From contig CANEVP010000002.1 of the NCBI GenBank assembly GCA_947442475.1, forward strand, positions 14,380-78,379: a stretch of DNA of 64,000 nucleotides. Reading direction: 5' to 3'. The notes below the pieces were generated by a model, which was given only the letters and a program-made list of their open reading frames with translations, was not told the origin of the DNA and did not search any database. The DNA is from Rickettsiales bacterium. GTDB lineage: Bacteria > Pseudomonadota > Alphaproteobacteria > Rickettsiales > UBA1997. Of the stretch, positions 8,684-19,400 are shown piece by piece; the first letter of the stretch is position 1, and the number at the start of each line of letters is the position of its first letter. The translations under genes and the position numbers were made by a program.

Positions 8684-10289
8684 TTTTGTGTTTAATTGCG
8701 CTTTCAACCAAAGAAACAAAAAGCGGGTGAGCTTCAAATGGTTTCGATTTTAACTCAGGATGAAATTGCACGCCGACAAAAAACGGATGGTTTTTAATCT
8801 CAACAATTTCAGGAAGTTTGCCGTCTGGCGACATGCCGGAGAAGATCAATCCAGCTTTTTCCAATTGTGCTTTGTAGTTAATATTAACTTCGTAGCGATG
8901 TCTGTGACGTTCTGAAATTGCAGTTTTGCCGTAAATTTTTGCTGCTAAAGATCCTTTTGAAATTTTGCACGGATAAGCGCCAAGTCTCATGGTGCCACCC
9001 ATGTCGGATCCGGCTTTTTTGGTTTTTTTGCCAGCTGAATCTATCCATTCTTGCATGGTGCCAATCAAGAAACTGCCTTTCTTAGAAAATTCACTAGAGG
9101 TTGCATCCTTTATGCCAAGCACGTTGCGGGCATATTCAATCACCGCCATTTGCATGCCGTAGCAAATGCCAAGGCAAGGGATTTTATTAACTCGGGCGAA
9201 TTCGATTGTATTGATTTTTCCTTCAACTCCATCTTCACCAAATCCACCTGGCACTAGGATGGCATCGATATTCTTTGGTAAAACTTTTTTATTATTACGC
9301 GCATTAACCCATAAAATATTGGCTTTAACTTTTAGAGAAAAAGCGGCGTGGTCAATGGCTTCAAGTAGCGATTTGTATGAGTCGCGATAGTCGGTATATT
9401 TTCCGACAATGGCGATATTTACTTCTCCTTGAGGATTATCGATAGCATCTTTAATTGCTTCCCACTTGCTTAAATCGGGTTTTCTTTTGTGGTCGAGTTT
9501 GAAGAATTTTAAAATTTCAGTATCGAGACCATTTTCGTGATAAATCATCGGCACGGCGTAAATGCTTGAGGCATTTGGTGCGGCAATAACTGATGAAATT
9601 GGAACCGAACACATTTTAGCAATTTTTTCTAAATGAGCTTTAGTGGTAGGTCTTTCAGCGCGGCATAAAAGCACGCTTGGCTGAATGCCGATTGAACGCA
9701 ATTCTTTTACAGAGTGCTGAGTTGGTTTGGTTTTAAGTTCGTTGGCGCTTTCGATGTAAGGCAAAAGAGTGAGGTGCAAAAAGGCGCAACGGGCTTGACC
9801 ATATTCGTAGCCGAGTTGGCGGATTGCTTCAAAAAATGGCAAAGCTTCAATATCGCCAACGGTGCCGCCGATTTCGCAAAGCAGGAAATCGATGCCTTTA
9901 ATGTCGTTTAAAATAAATTCTTTGATCAGGTCGGTAACGTGTGGAATCACTTGTACTGTGCCACCAAGATAGTCGCCTTTACGTTCTTTGGCGAGAAGAT
10001 TTGAGTAAATTTGTCCGGCAGTTACATTGTCAGATTTTTTAGCATCAACTCCGGTGAAGCGCTCGTAGTGACCAAGATCAAGATCGGTTTCTGCGCCATC
10101 TTCGGTAACGAAAACTTCGCCATGTTGAGTTGGGCTCATGGTGCCCGGATCAACGTTTAGATAAGGATCAAGTTTACGAAGTTTTACGCTGTAGCCGCGA
10201 GCTTGGAGCAGTGCGGCAAGAGAGGCTGAGGCAAGACCTTTTCCCAATGAAGAAACTACGCCGCCGGTGATGAAGATGAATTTAGTCAT
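8676..10289 (-). CDS. pyrG: CTP synthase
   Basis: [19 protein letters not shown]-terminus, GATase [22 protein letters not shown]. Confidence 0.95.
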   Translation of the reverse strand: MTKFIFITGGVVSSLGKGLASASLAALLQARGYSVKLRKLDPYLNVDPGTMSPTQHGEVFVTEDGAETDLDLGHYERFTGVDAKKSDNVTAGQIYSNLLAKERKGDYLGGTVQVIPHVTDLIKEFILNDIKGIDFLLCEIGGTVGDIEALPFFEAIRQLGYEYGQARCAFLHLTLLPYIESANELKTKPTQHSVKELRSIGIQPSVLLCRAERPTTKAHLEKIAKMCSVPISSVIAAPNASSIYAVPMIYHENGLDTEILKFFKLDHKRKPDLSKWEAIKDAIDNPQGEVNIAIVGKYTDYRDSYKSLLEAIDHAAFSLKVKANILWVNARNNKKVLPKNIDAILVPGGFGEDGVEGKINTIEFARVNKIPCLGICYGMQMAVIEYARNVLGIKDATSSEFSKKGSFLIGTMQEWIDSAGKKTKKAGSDMGGTMRLGAYPCKISKGSLAAKIYGKTAISERHRHRYEVNINYKAQLEKAGLIFSGMSPDGKLPEIVEIKNHPFFVGVQFHPELKSKPFEAHPLFVSLVESAIKHKNA

Positions 10290-10300
10290 AAATAAAAGAA

Positions 10301-10370
10301 GTGGTAAGTGGTGAGTGACAAGTGGTAAGTGGTTTTTTGCTTACCACTTGTCACTCACCACTTACCACTA
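10301..10370. terminator. 30-bp perfect hairpin between the NMO-family gene and pyrG
   Basis: agtggtaagtggtgagtgacaagtggtaag (10301-10330) is the exact reverse complement of 10341-10370, with a 10-nt loop tggttttttg. On the minus strand it is followed by a T-rich tract. Confidence 0.6.
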
Positions 10371-10381
10371 AAAATGAGATA

Positions 10382-11839
10382 CTATTTTCCCTGCATAATC
10401 CGATCTACCAATTGCTGGATCGTTGGAATGAAGCCATTGTCATAAAAAGAATCAGTGGCAAAGCGATAGCCGCTGTGTCCCGAGAACATTAATTGATTTT
10501 CAATGTCGATGCCTTTGCGCACATCTTGTAAAGTTTTTTGAATACAGAAACTACGTGGATCGGCTTTGCGATCTGTGGTATATTTCATTTCTTCTTTATC
10601 AGACCAATTACTGAAGCGGCATTGGCTCAAGCAGCCCATGCAGTTGATTTGGTCAGTAACAATTTGGGTGGCTTTTGATTTATCGACAAACATCAAAGTT
10701 TCGTCAGGCGTTTTCATGCCTTCGGTGTGACCGGCTTGGATCCAAGAATCAACTTTGGCTTTATCTTCTGGTTTAATGAAAACCACGCGACCTCTTTGGC
10801 CGAAAGGAATTTCAGCGGTAAATTCATCAATTGCCTTAGCGCGATACTCAACTTGTCTGATTTCGCGTCCTTTTAACTCACGGATAAATTCATTTTCAAT
10901 AGCAGAAGAGTAAAATCCTGTCGGGCTAAAGCGGTTCAAGTAAACGTCACCTTCTTTCAAAGAGAGAAGTTTTTTCTTCCAAGCAAGAGGCACTGGATAT
11001 TCTTCTGTAACAATCGGACGAGTGCCGAATTGGAAAACGATTGGTCCGATTTCTGGGTTATCTAACCAGTGATCAAACTCAGCTAAATTCCACACGCCAC
11101 CAGCCATGATGATTGGCACTTCATTGAGGCCAACTGAATTCATGAAAGTGCGAATTTCAGCAACGCGAGGATATGGATCTTCGTAAGCATTTGGATCTTC
11201 AGCATTTGACAAACCATTGTGACCACCAGCACGCCAAGGGCACTCGTAAACCACACCACCAAGAAGTGTCACTGCTTTGTGATAACTTCTTTTCCACAAA
11301 GCACGAAAAGCGCGCATTGAAGAAACGATTGGGTAGTAATAAACATTATATTTTTCAGCGATTTCGGCAAGACGATAAGGCATGCCAGCACCGCAAGTGA
11401 TGCCGTGGATCATGCCTTTAGCGCCATCTAAAATGCCGTGTAAAATGCGTTCCGCGCCGCCCATTTCCCAAAGCACATTCATGTGAATACGACCAGCGCC
11501 GCCTGAAACGTCTTGAGCGATTTTTGCTTGTGAGATGCCGCCGCGAATACTGTCAAATATTAGCTCTTCATGTCTTTCGCGACGAGTGTGAGTTTTGTAA
11601 ACGAGGGGAATAAAATTGCCGTTTTCATCGATGTAATCGGCATTAACGCCAGAGAATGTTCCAACAGCTCCGGCTTTTGCAAAATGTCCTGCGGTTACGC
11701 CAGTTGTAACGCCAACGCCTTTGCCGCCTTCGATAATGGGCAAACAGTCAACGCCTGAAATTTTGAGAGATTTGATTTTATGTAACAAAAGAACTCCGAG
11801 AAATTTTGGGGAAAAATAATCAAAAACGAAGGGTCGCAA
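10382..11839 (-). CDS. nitronate monooxygenase (2-nitropropane dioxygenase) family flavoprotein, long form
   Basis: PIIEGGKGVGV, GTFSG, ITCGAGMP and IIMAGGVW are typical of the NMO/FMN TIM-barrel family. A C-terminal extension carries CMGCLSQC. There is no ATG near the 5' end: the ORF-track start is a TTG at 11839, and a TTG at 11788 preceded by GGAG looks like the more likely start. Confidence 0.6.
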   Translation of the reverse strand: MRPFVFDYFSPKFLGVLLLHKIKSLKISGVDCLPIIEGGKGVGVTTGVTAGHFAKAGAVGTFSGVNADYIDENGNFIPLVYKTHTRRERHEELIFDSIRGGISQAKIAQDVSGGAGRIHMNVLWEMGGAERILHGILDGAKGMIHGITCGAGMPYRLAEIAEKYNVYYYPIVSSMRAFRALWKRSYHKAVTLLGGVVYECPWRAGGHNGLSNAEDPNAYEDPYPRVAEIRTFMNSVGLNEVPIIMAGGVWNLAEFDHWLDNPEIGPIVFQFGTRPIVTEEYPVPLAWKKKLLSLKEGDVYLNRFSPTGFYSSAIENEFIRELKGREIRQVEYRAKAIDEFTAEIPFGQRGRVVFIKPEDKAKVDSWIQAGHTEGMKTPDETLMFVDKSKATQIVTDQINCMGCLSQCRFSNWSDKEEMKYTTDRKADPRSFCIQKTLQDVRKGIDIENQLMFSGHSGYRFATDSFYDNGFIPTIQQLVDRIMQGK

Positions 11840-11964
11840 GCTAAGAACGAGTTGCGAAATATCAATCTAAATTGCGGGGTTTTTTAGGAATTGTTTTTTT
11901 TCGTAGCTCCTAAAAAAAATCCAATGTCATCTGTACAAAATCTGTTCACTCACAAATCAAAAAA

Positions 11965-13302
11965 ATGAAGCAAAATATTCCTGAATTTACTGTCTCTGAA
12001 TTTTCGCGCTCGATTAAACGAGTTGTTGAAGATTCCTTTGGCTACGTTCGCATTAAAGGTGAAATAACTGGCTTTAAACGGGCTTCCAGCGGCCATCTTT
12101 ACTTCACGTTAAAAGATGAAAATTCGACACTTTCATCAGTGTGTTTTCGTAACGCCGCACAAACAGTTGGTTTTGAAATTGCCGATGGTTTGCAAGTTTG
12201 CGCTTCGGGTCGCATTACAACTTTTGAGGGACGCTCAAATTATCAAATCATCATCGAGAAACTAGAAATCGCCGGAGTTGGCGCGATTTTGGAAATGATT
12301 GAAAAGCGCCGCCAAAAACTTTTAAGTGAAGGTTTGTTCGATGAAATTCACAAAAAACCAATTCCGTTTTTCCCAAAAATTATCGGTGTAATAACTGCCG
12401 AAACCGGCGCGGTTATTGAAGATATTAAACATCGAATTGAGGCGCGCTGTCCAACGCATGTGATGCTTTATTCAACTTTAGTGCAGGGCGAAAAAGCGGC
12501 GGCGCAAATTATTGAAGGAGTGAAATTTTTTAACCGCCTAAAAAACGAAGAAAGGCCGGAGGTTTTAATCATCGCGCGCGGAGGTGGTTCATTTGAAGAC
12601 TTAATGTCGTTTAATGATGAATCTTTGATTAGAGAAGTTTTTAAATCAGAAATTCCGGTGATTTCAGCGGTTGGTCACGAAACTGACACAACCTTAATTG
12701 ATTATGTTTCAGATTTGCGCGCGCCAACGCCAACAGCTGCCGCAGAGCTTGTGACACCGGTTTTATTTGACTTAAAAAATCAGCTAAATTTTTTGCAAGA
12801 AAAATTAAAATCAGCGCCACAAAAATTTTTAGAACAGAATTTTTTGCACTTAAAAAATTTGCAGCGCTACATCGTTGATCCCATGAAAATGTTGGATCAA
12901 ACCCGAGATCGATTGTTACAAATTGGCAAAAAATTTAATTTTTTGGTGGAGAATTTTTTAGAAAAAAAATCACAAAAAATTGCTTCAATTCAAATTTCGA
13001 ACCAACTGCTTTTGCAAAAAATAAATTCAGCAAATCAGAAGGTTCAATTCGCTTTTGAGCGTTTAAATTCAAGCCCAGAAAGGCGATTGAAAGAAATAAA
13101 GTTGCAGTTAGAAAATTTGTCGAAATCGCTAAAATCAAATCATTATCACGAGATTTTAAAACGTGGATTTGCTTTGATAAAAAACAAAGACGGCGAAGCA
13201 GTTTCGGCAATTTCTGATTTAAAAACCGGTGAAAAAGTTAGAATTGAAATGTGTGACGGCTCTGCTCAAGCGCTTCTTGTAGATAAACTAAATTTAAAAT
13301 AA
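11965..13302 (+). CDS. xseA: exodeoxyribonuclease VII large subunit
   Basis: N-terminal OB fold (VRIKGEITGFKRASSGHLYFTLKD), IARGGGSFEDL, SAVGHETDTTL, and a long C-terminal coiled coil. Confidence 0.85.
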   Translation: MKQNIPEFTVSEFSRSIKRVVEDSFGYVRIKGEITGFKRASSGHLYFTLKDENSTLSSVCFRNAAQTVGFEIADGLQVCASGRITTFEGRSNYQIIIEKLEIAGVGAILEMIEKRRQKLLSEGLFDEIHKKPIPFFPKIIGVITAETGAVIEDIKHRIEARCPTHVMLYSTLVQGEKAAAQIIEGVKFFNRLKNEERPEVLIIARGGGSFEDLMSFNDESLIREVFKSEIPVISAVGHETDTTLIDYVSDLRAPTPTAAAELVTPVLFDLKNQLNFLQEKLKSAPQKFLEQNFLHLKNLQRYIVDPMKMLDQTRDRLLQIGKKFNFLVENFLEKKSQKIASIQISNQLLLQKINSANQKVQFAFERLNSSPERRLKEIKLQLENLSKSLKSNHYHEILKRGFALIKNKDGEAVSAISDLKTGEKVRIEMCDGSAQALLVDKLNLK

Positions 13303-14270
13303 TGCTCAAAACTCCAAAATTCTGGACCGAAAAAAACCTAATTTCCGGTGCGCTTTTGCCGCTTAGCCTGATCTATTTTTTGGGTTTTTATGTAATTAAA
13401 TTTTTTACCAAAACCGTTAAAATTTCTAAGCCAGTAATTTGCGTAGGAAACTTGATCGCGGGAGGTTCGGGCAAAACTCCAACGGCGATTGCTTTGGGTA
13501 AAATTTTGCACGAAATGTCGGCAGAATTTGCTTATTTGAGTCGTGGCTACATGAGTGACGGTTCAAGTTTTTTGCTGCTGCGCAAAGACGATAATAATAA
13601 AGCTAGCCAAGTTGGTGACGAGCCAATGTTATTAATTGAAACCGCGCCAACTTTTGTGGCGCGTGATCGCCTTTTTGGCGCCAAGCAAATTGAAAAAATC
13701 AGCAAAGTTAAAATGATCGTGCTCGATGATGGCATGCAAAATGATGCGCTTTATCGCGATTACACAATTCTAGTAGTTGATGGAAAAATTGGTTTTGGAA
13801 ATAATTTTTTAATTCCCGCAGGGCCAATGCGCGAGACACTTGGCATGGGTTTGAAAAAAACTGATTTGGTTGTGATAATCGGAGAGGCTGATGAAAAATT
13901 ATTGCAAAAATTCGCCGGCAAAAAAATCGCTCGTGCTAAAATTTTTCCAACCAATTTAGAAAAATTTAAAAATAAAAAACAGGTCGCTTTTTGCGGCTTG
14001 GCTTATCCGCAAAAATTCTTTTCTTTGTTGAAAGATCATGGCGTTGAAACCGTTGAAACAATTGGTTTTCCTGACCACTATCTTTATCAAGATCATGACC
14101 TAGAAAGTCTGTGCAAAATTGCTGCAGCAAAAAATGCTAATTTAGTTACTACCAAAAAAGATTGGATGAAATTTTCAAAAAATTTTCAGGATAAAATTCC
14201 TTATCTGAATATTGAGTTAGAGTTTGAAGACAAAAATTTTATCAAAAGTGAGTTAAAAAAATTTATATGA
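13302..14270 (+). CDS. lpxK: tetraacyldisaccharide 4'-kinase
   Basis: P-loop VGNLIAGGSGKTP, DDGMQN, and a typical N-terminal anchor. Confidence 0.85.
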   Translation: MLKTPKFWTEKNLISGALLPLSLIYFLGFYVIKFFTKTVKISKPVICVGNLIAGGSGKTPTAIALGKILHEMSAEFAYLSRGYMSDGSSFLLLRKDDNNKASQVGDEPMLLIETAPTFVARDRLFGAKQIEKISKVKMIVLDDGMQNDALYRDYTILVVDGKIGFGNNFLIPAGPMRETLGMGLKKTDLVVIIGEADEKLLQKFAGKKIARAKIFPTNLEKFKNKKQVAFCGLAYPQKFFSLLKDHGVETVETIGFPDHYLYQDHDLESLCKIAAAKNANLVTTKKDWMKFSKNFQDKIPYLNIELEFEDKNFIKSELKKFI

Positions 14271-15157
14271 ATCTAAAGAGCAAAATCAAAGCTGCGCGCT
14301 ACGCGATAGAATTTTTAATTGTTAAATTTGGCTTGTGGTTTTTTGGTAGAATGCAGCCGCAAAAGGCGTCAGATGTGGCGGCAAAAATTGCTAAATTTGT
14401 CGGCAAAAAAATCGCTGTTAACAAATTGGCTTACAAAAATATCTCAAATGCCATACCGCAATTGAGTGAGGCAGAGAAAGAAAAAATCCTCGATGACATG
14501 TGGGATAATTTGGGCCGCATTGTTGGTGAATATGCTCACGTGGCAAAATGTCCAACCGCAGAAATTGATAGTTTGATTGAGATGTCGCAGGAAACCCGCC
14601 AGAATCTTGAGCAATATAAACGTGACGGCAAAGGCGGCATTATTTTTGGCGGGCATTTGGGCAATTGGGAAGTTGGCCCGAAAGTTTTTATGAGAAGCGA
14701 GATGCAAGTTAGCACGGTTTATCGTCCGCTGAATAATCCTTACGTTGAAACGCTAACGGCAAATTTGCGTGGCGTTGAGCTAATTGGCAAAAGCACCAGC
14801 GGCAGTCGCAAGATTATTGATGTTATTCGTAAAGGCGGCTTCGTAATTATTTTAGCTGACCAAAAAGTTAGTGAAGGCGAGCCGGTGAAATTTTTTCACG
14901 ATGATGCAATAACCACAACTTCAATTGCGCGCATTGCTTTGAAATATGACGTGCCGCTGATTCCGGCGCGCTCAATTCGCATCGGAAAAACTTTTAAATT
15001 TCGCGTGGAAGCTGAAAAACCGCTTGCAATTGAAAAGACTGGCGATGTTAATTTCGACCTTCTGCAACTCACTCGCAGCATCAATTGCAAGCTTGAGGAG
15101 TGGATTAAACAATATCCCGCACAGTGGTTTTGGGTTCATAATCGCTGGAAACGCTAA
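14267..15157 (+). CDS. lpxL: lipid A biosynthesis lauroyl/acyl acyltransferase (LpxL/HtrB family)
   Basis: GGHLGNWE (HX4D/E-type acyltransferase region) and the C-terminal YPAQWFWVHNRWK. Overlaps lpxK by 4 nt. Confidence 0.75.
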   Translation: MNLKSKIKAARYAIEFLIVKFGLWFFGRMQPQKASDVAAKIAKFVGKKIAVNKLAYKNISNAIPQLSEAEKEKILDDMWDNLGRIVGEYAHVAKCPTAEIDSLIEMSQETRQNLEQYKRDGKGGIIFGGHLGNWEVGPKVFMRSEMQVSTVYRPLNNPYVETLTANLRGVELIGKSTSGSRKIIDVIRKGGFVIILADQKVSEGEPVKFFHDDAITTTSIARIALKYDVPLIPARSIRIGKTFKFRVEAEKPLAIEKTGDVNFDLLQLTRSINCKLEEWIKQYPAQWFWVHNRWKR

Positions 15158-15168
15158 CTAACAAATTT

Positions 15169-15669
15169 ATGAAATTATTTCGCACGCTCTCGTTACTGGC
15201 TCTAATGACTGCCTCCTCATCTTGCGCGTTGATGATGAATGACAAAAATGATCAGGTTTCAATTAATAGTAATCCGTCGGGAGCTAATATTTTTATTGAA
15301 GGCAGAGACTACGGACAAACTCCTGCAACCATCAATATCGAAGCAAAAAACTCGACAGTGGTTTTGACTAAAGAGGGCTACGGTTCAACTAAGTTGGAAC
15401 TTGAAGCTTGGGCTGCGGTAAAAAACGGCGCATGTTCTGCTGATATGTTGGGTGCGATTTTGATCGTGCCGCTATATTCAGTATTGTGGTCAGGCAAATG
15501 TAATGAATTTAAAGAAAAACAATATTTCGTAACCATTCCACGCACACTAGCTGCTAAAAATTCAATGATGGGAGTTGGCAAAAGACCTTCCGACATGATT
15601 AATTATTACTACAACCAAGACTCTTCTGGCTCAGTTACAAACTCTGGCCAACAGCAATATCGTAGATAA
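15169..15669 (+). CDS. PEGA-domain lipoprotein
   Basis: Lipobox LMTASSSC, followed by a PEGA-like segment (SINSNPSGANIFIEGRDYGQTPATINIE...VVLTKEGY). Confidence 0.6.
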   Translation: MKLFRTLSLLALMTASSSCALMMNDKNDQVSINSNPSGANIFIEGRDYGQTPATINIEAKNSTVVLTKEGYGSTKLELEAWAAVKNGACSADMLGAILIVPLYSVLWSGKCNEFKEKQYFVTIPRTLAAKNSMMGVGKRPSDMINYYYNQDSSGSVTNSGQQQYRR

Positions 15670-15696
15670 CTTAGATCTCAAAAGAACTAAAAAATG

Positions 15697-15732
15697 AAAA
15701 GCCTCACCCAAAACTTGGGTGGGGCTTTTTTG
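15697..15732 (+). terminator. intrinsic terminator after the PEGA lipoprotein gene
   Basis: Hairpin aagcctcaccc / gggtggggctt followed by a T-run (ttttttg). Confidence 0.7.
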
Positions 15733-15780
15733 TTGTCAAAATCTATTAATTTATAATTTCCGCAGGCCTGTGGAAATTCA

Positions 15781-16452
15781 TTATTTGATTGCTCCATCCT
15801 TTATTACCACGACTCGATCAGCTTTTTTGGTTATTTCCAAATTATGCGTAACTACCAAGCAGCCGATCTCGTAATTTTTTACTAAATTTTGCAAAAGCGC
15901 GAAGATTTTTTCGGACAAGTCAGAATCTAAATTTCCCGTTGGTTCATCGGCTAAAATTAGTGAAGGTTTTGAAACCACAGCACGCGCCAAGGCAACACGT
16001 TGTTGTTGGCCGCCGGACAACTCGGCTGGTTTGTGATTTAGGCGGTTAAAAAGACCAACTTCGTGCAGAATTTTTTCAGCTGCAGCAAAAGAATCCATCT
16101 TGCTTTTACCCTGAATCAAAAGTGGCAAAGCAACATTTTCTAACGCTGAAAATTCCGGCAACAAATGGTGAAATTGATAAACAAATCCGACGTGATTTTT
16201 TCTGATTTCAGTGCGGGCTTTGTCATCAGCTTTTGAGGCATCGATTTCATTAATAAAAACCTGTCCCGAAGTTGCGCCATCAAGCAATCCGGCAATTTGT
16301 AAAAGGGTGGTTTTTCCAGATCCCGAAGGGCCAATTAAAGCAACTAATTCACCTTTTTTTATTTCTAAATTAATGTCCTTAATGGCTGAGATTTTTTGAT
16401 CACCTTGAGAAAATTCTTTGGTGACATTGATCAGTTTTAAAACGTTTTTCAT
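15781..16452 (-). CDS. lolD: lipoprotein-releasing system ATP-binding protein LolD
   Basis: ABC ATPase with GPSGSGKTT, LSGGQQQRVALARA and ILADEPTGNLD, plus the LolD-type motif YQFHHLLPEFSALENVALPLL. Confidence 0.8.
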   Translation of the reverse strand: MKNVLKLINVTKEFSQGDQKISAIKDINLEIKKGELVALIGPSGSGKTTLLQIAGLLDGATSGQVFINEIDASKADDKARTEIRKNHVGFVYQFHHLLPEFSALENVALPLLIQGKSKMDSFAAAEKILHEVGLFNRLNHKPAELSGGQQQRVALARAVVSKPSLILADEPTGNLDSDLSEKIFALLQNLVKNYEIGCLVVTHNLEITKKADRVVVIKDGAIK

Positions 16453-16453
16453 A

Positions 16454-19400
16454 TTATCTTCGTGAGCTTATTTGTTTGGTTGAGGATTGTGAATTTTCTA
16501 AAAAGTTTTTTTTGTTTATTCCAAGATCCTTGCAAATTTCTTTAAAAATTTGAGGGCCTTTCTCGGCGCCATATTCCAATTTCAATAGTTCAATAGCGTA
16601 GTTAGGAGTAAGTCTTTTTAATCGCATGCCAACAAGCTCATCAACGTTTCTCTTGCCAGAAAGCACAAGATTGATGCTTCGTTGATTGCCGGTGAGTAAA
16701 CTCTCTTCTCTCATTTTTTCTTGAAATAAGGCAGAAAAATTTTGAGCGTGAATGCCGTTTCTATTAGGCTCTTCTTTGAGTGATCTTAAATCATTTTTTA
16801 ATTTTTCTTCATCGCCAGTTCCACCGTTTTTAATGGCGCTTAGAATAATTTTTGCCGCCAGAGTTTTTGAAATTTTGCTCTCAGATATTGTCTTCATTAA
16901 ATTATCTAAAATTACATCCTTTCCCACCGATTCTAGTTTACTGGTGCTAGAGTAGTCGAATTTATCGGAAATCACGCTATCCTCTTCAGAAAATGTTGGG
17001 TGGATCAATCTTAGCTCAAACCCTGAATCTTTGATTTTTTCAGTATTTTCCACAAAATAGATAGGCGTCATGGCTTTGATAAAAGAAGCCAAATCAAGAT
17101 TTTCTGAATCAACGGTAACTATCGAAGGAGAAGGGCTATTAAGTCCACCTAATTCAAGTTTAGCTAACTCAACATGCGCTGGTAAAATTTTGCCCAGATT
17201 ATCTCGCAGCATGCGCAAGTTTAAATTATCACCATTGGCGCTGTGTAAGCATTGCGTAAAATGATTAGCGATATTCTTGCAAACTTGATGGCGCAGATGT
17301 GATCTAAAATCAAGCGGCACGATTTCTTCTTGATTCAGCCAATGTTCAATAATTTTCGTAAAATCTTCGTGAGAATATTCTTTTAAGCTTTTTACTTTTG
17401 GTTGAATCGTGCGATGCAGCAAAGCTGGGCTAATGATTGAGCGTCCCTCAAGTCCAGCGGAATTGACGCTGGAAATTAGCATGAATCCCGGTTTTGGTTT
17501 TGCTTTGGTGCCGTTTGGATGATCTCCCGTTAGTGCGGCATTTAAAATTTTTTCCAAGCCGTCATCAATGCAGCTGTTGATTTCATCGATCCAAATCACA
17601 TCGCCATTTTCAAATGCTTTTTCGATGATTTGGCGTTTTTGATCCAAAGGCAAATTGGCATCTATTTTGTAAAATCTTTGCTTATCGTCGGCTCTTTCTT
17701 CGCCGACTTTAATTTCTTTAATGCCTTTGGCGGCAAAGACAGCGCCGATTAATTCACTTTTTCCAGTTCCTGAATCTCCCTCAAGCAAAACTCCGTTTAA
17801 ACCAACAGCCTTATTTGGAAAAATGCCTTCGCGTTGTTTTTGACGCACTCTTAAAGCGCTGATTAATTTTTCTTCTACTTCTTTGGTGGCGCTGGTTGAA
17901 ATGTAGTTTTGACTTTCAACGACAATAGGCGGTGAATTTTCTTCAATGGCGTTATTAATTGCGACTAATAATGCCTCCTGCAATTCTCTTACGGTTTCAT
18001 CTTCATTCTTTTGGTAAATCTCAATACGTTCTTGGCATAGCTCTTTAAAGTCATCTTCTGGAATCTGTGCTTTAATTTCGTCAGATAATTCTTTGTAAAT
18101 CGATTCTAGCAAAATCTTCTCGTAAATGTAGCTTGCTGGAAAATCTACCATGGCAAATTGCGGAACTTGCTGGTCTTCGAACAATTTTTGCTCAAACCTT
18201 CCGCCGCCGTACTCAGCAGAGTTACAGGCGAAAACTACTTTGTGGTTTTCATCTAAATCGTAGAATTTTCCTTGGTAAAAAATTTTTTGTGGTCCGCCTT
18301 TTTTTAGCGGTGAGAACATGGTGAAATGCAGGTCTTCAATGTTGGATTCGTCGATGAAGAGAATTTTTCTTTTGCTACTTTTATCATTGGCCCATTCTTC
18401 AAATGAGCTGAGCTCGCGACAAACTGTCGTTGTTTTGGTATCTTCAGACTCAAACATTTTCAAAAGACGACTTTTACCAACCCCGCTGTGACCAGTTAGG
18501 CGAAGCAGCGAGCTGACATCGAGCGCATTAGTGAAAGTTTCTTTTCTGATTCTGATAAATTCAGCAGCTTCATCGGCGCTGTTAGCTAGGTCGAAAGAAT
18601 TGTTAAATATTTCAGGGTTGGGGGACTCAACTGCAATAACAGCTTCCCTCTCGTAGCTTTGAGTCGCATAGCTATTTTGTGGCAGCCATTTTAGCGGCTT
18701 ATAAACCTCGCCAGTTTTGCAATGTTTGTCTTCAACGATTAAAGTTAGGTTTTCGGTAACCCCTACAAAATCAGGTGCAGTGCCGATTAATAGTGGTTTG
18801 AGCATTTGCAATAAGTCGGCGTCAAACTGACCTTTGAGAACTATTTGTCTGCCCTGGCGCAGTTCGGTTAAAAAATCGCTGGCAGTTTTTTTAAAACTTT
18901 TAAAGCCATTCTCGTCATGCTCAAAAGTAATTTTGCTTACCAAATCTTGGTAGGTGAGGTCTTCGACATCAATTATGGCAAATGGCGTCTCTGCTGATTT
19001 TTCTGTTGCTAAAATTTCTTCCAGAATTTTGTTCGTATCATTGCTAACATAAATCGCACTGCTGGTTTTTTCTTCTTCTTCAGCTAGCGCCATTTCTTCA
19101 ATCGTGACGCCGCTTGGTAAATTTACTTCTGGTGCCAAATGAAGTTCGAGCTCTAAATTTTTTTGCTGTATTTGGCTCAGCAGGCAATACCACTGGCTGT
19201 CGGATAGATCAGATGAGATAAATAATTTTAGCGTCGGACTACTGCAATTATCAATTAAGCCTTTTTCTTCGTGATAGGTGCCATCAGCGCTATCAATTCT
19301 TTTATCGAATAAGAGTAGATCAAATAACTGATTGTTAACAAGTGTGGCATCAGCCGGAGCATTGTAAAAAGTGGCACCGCGAGCAACTAAGATTTTCGGT

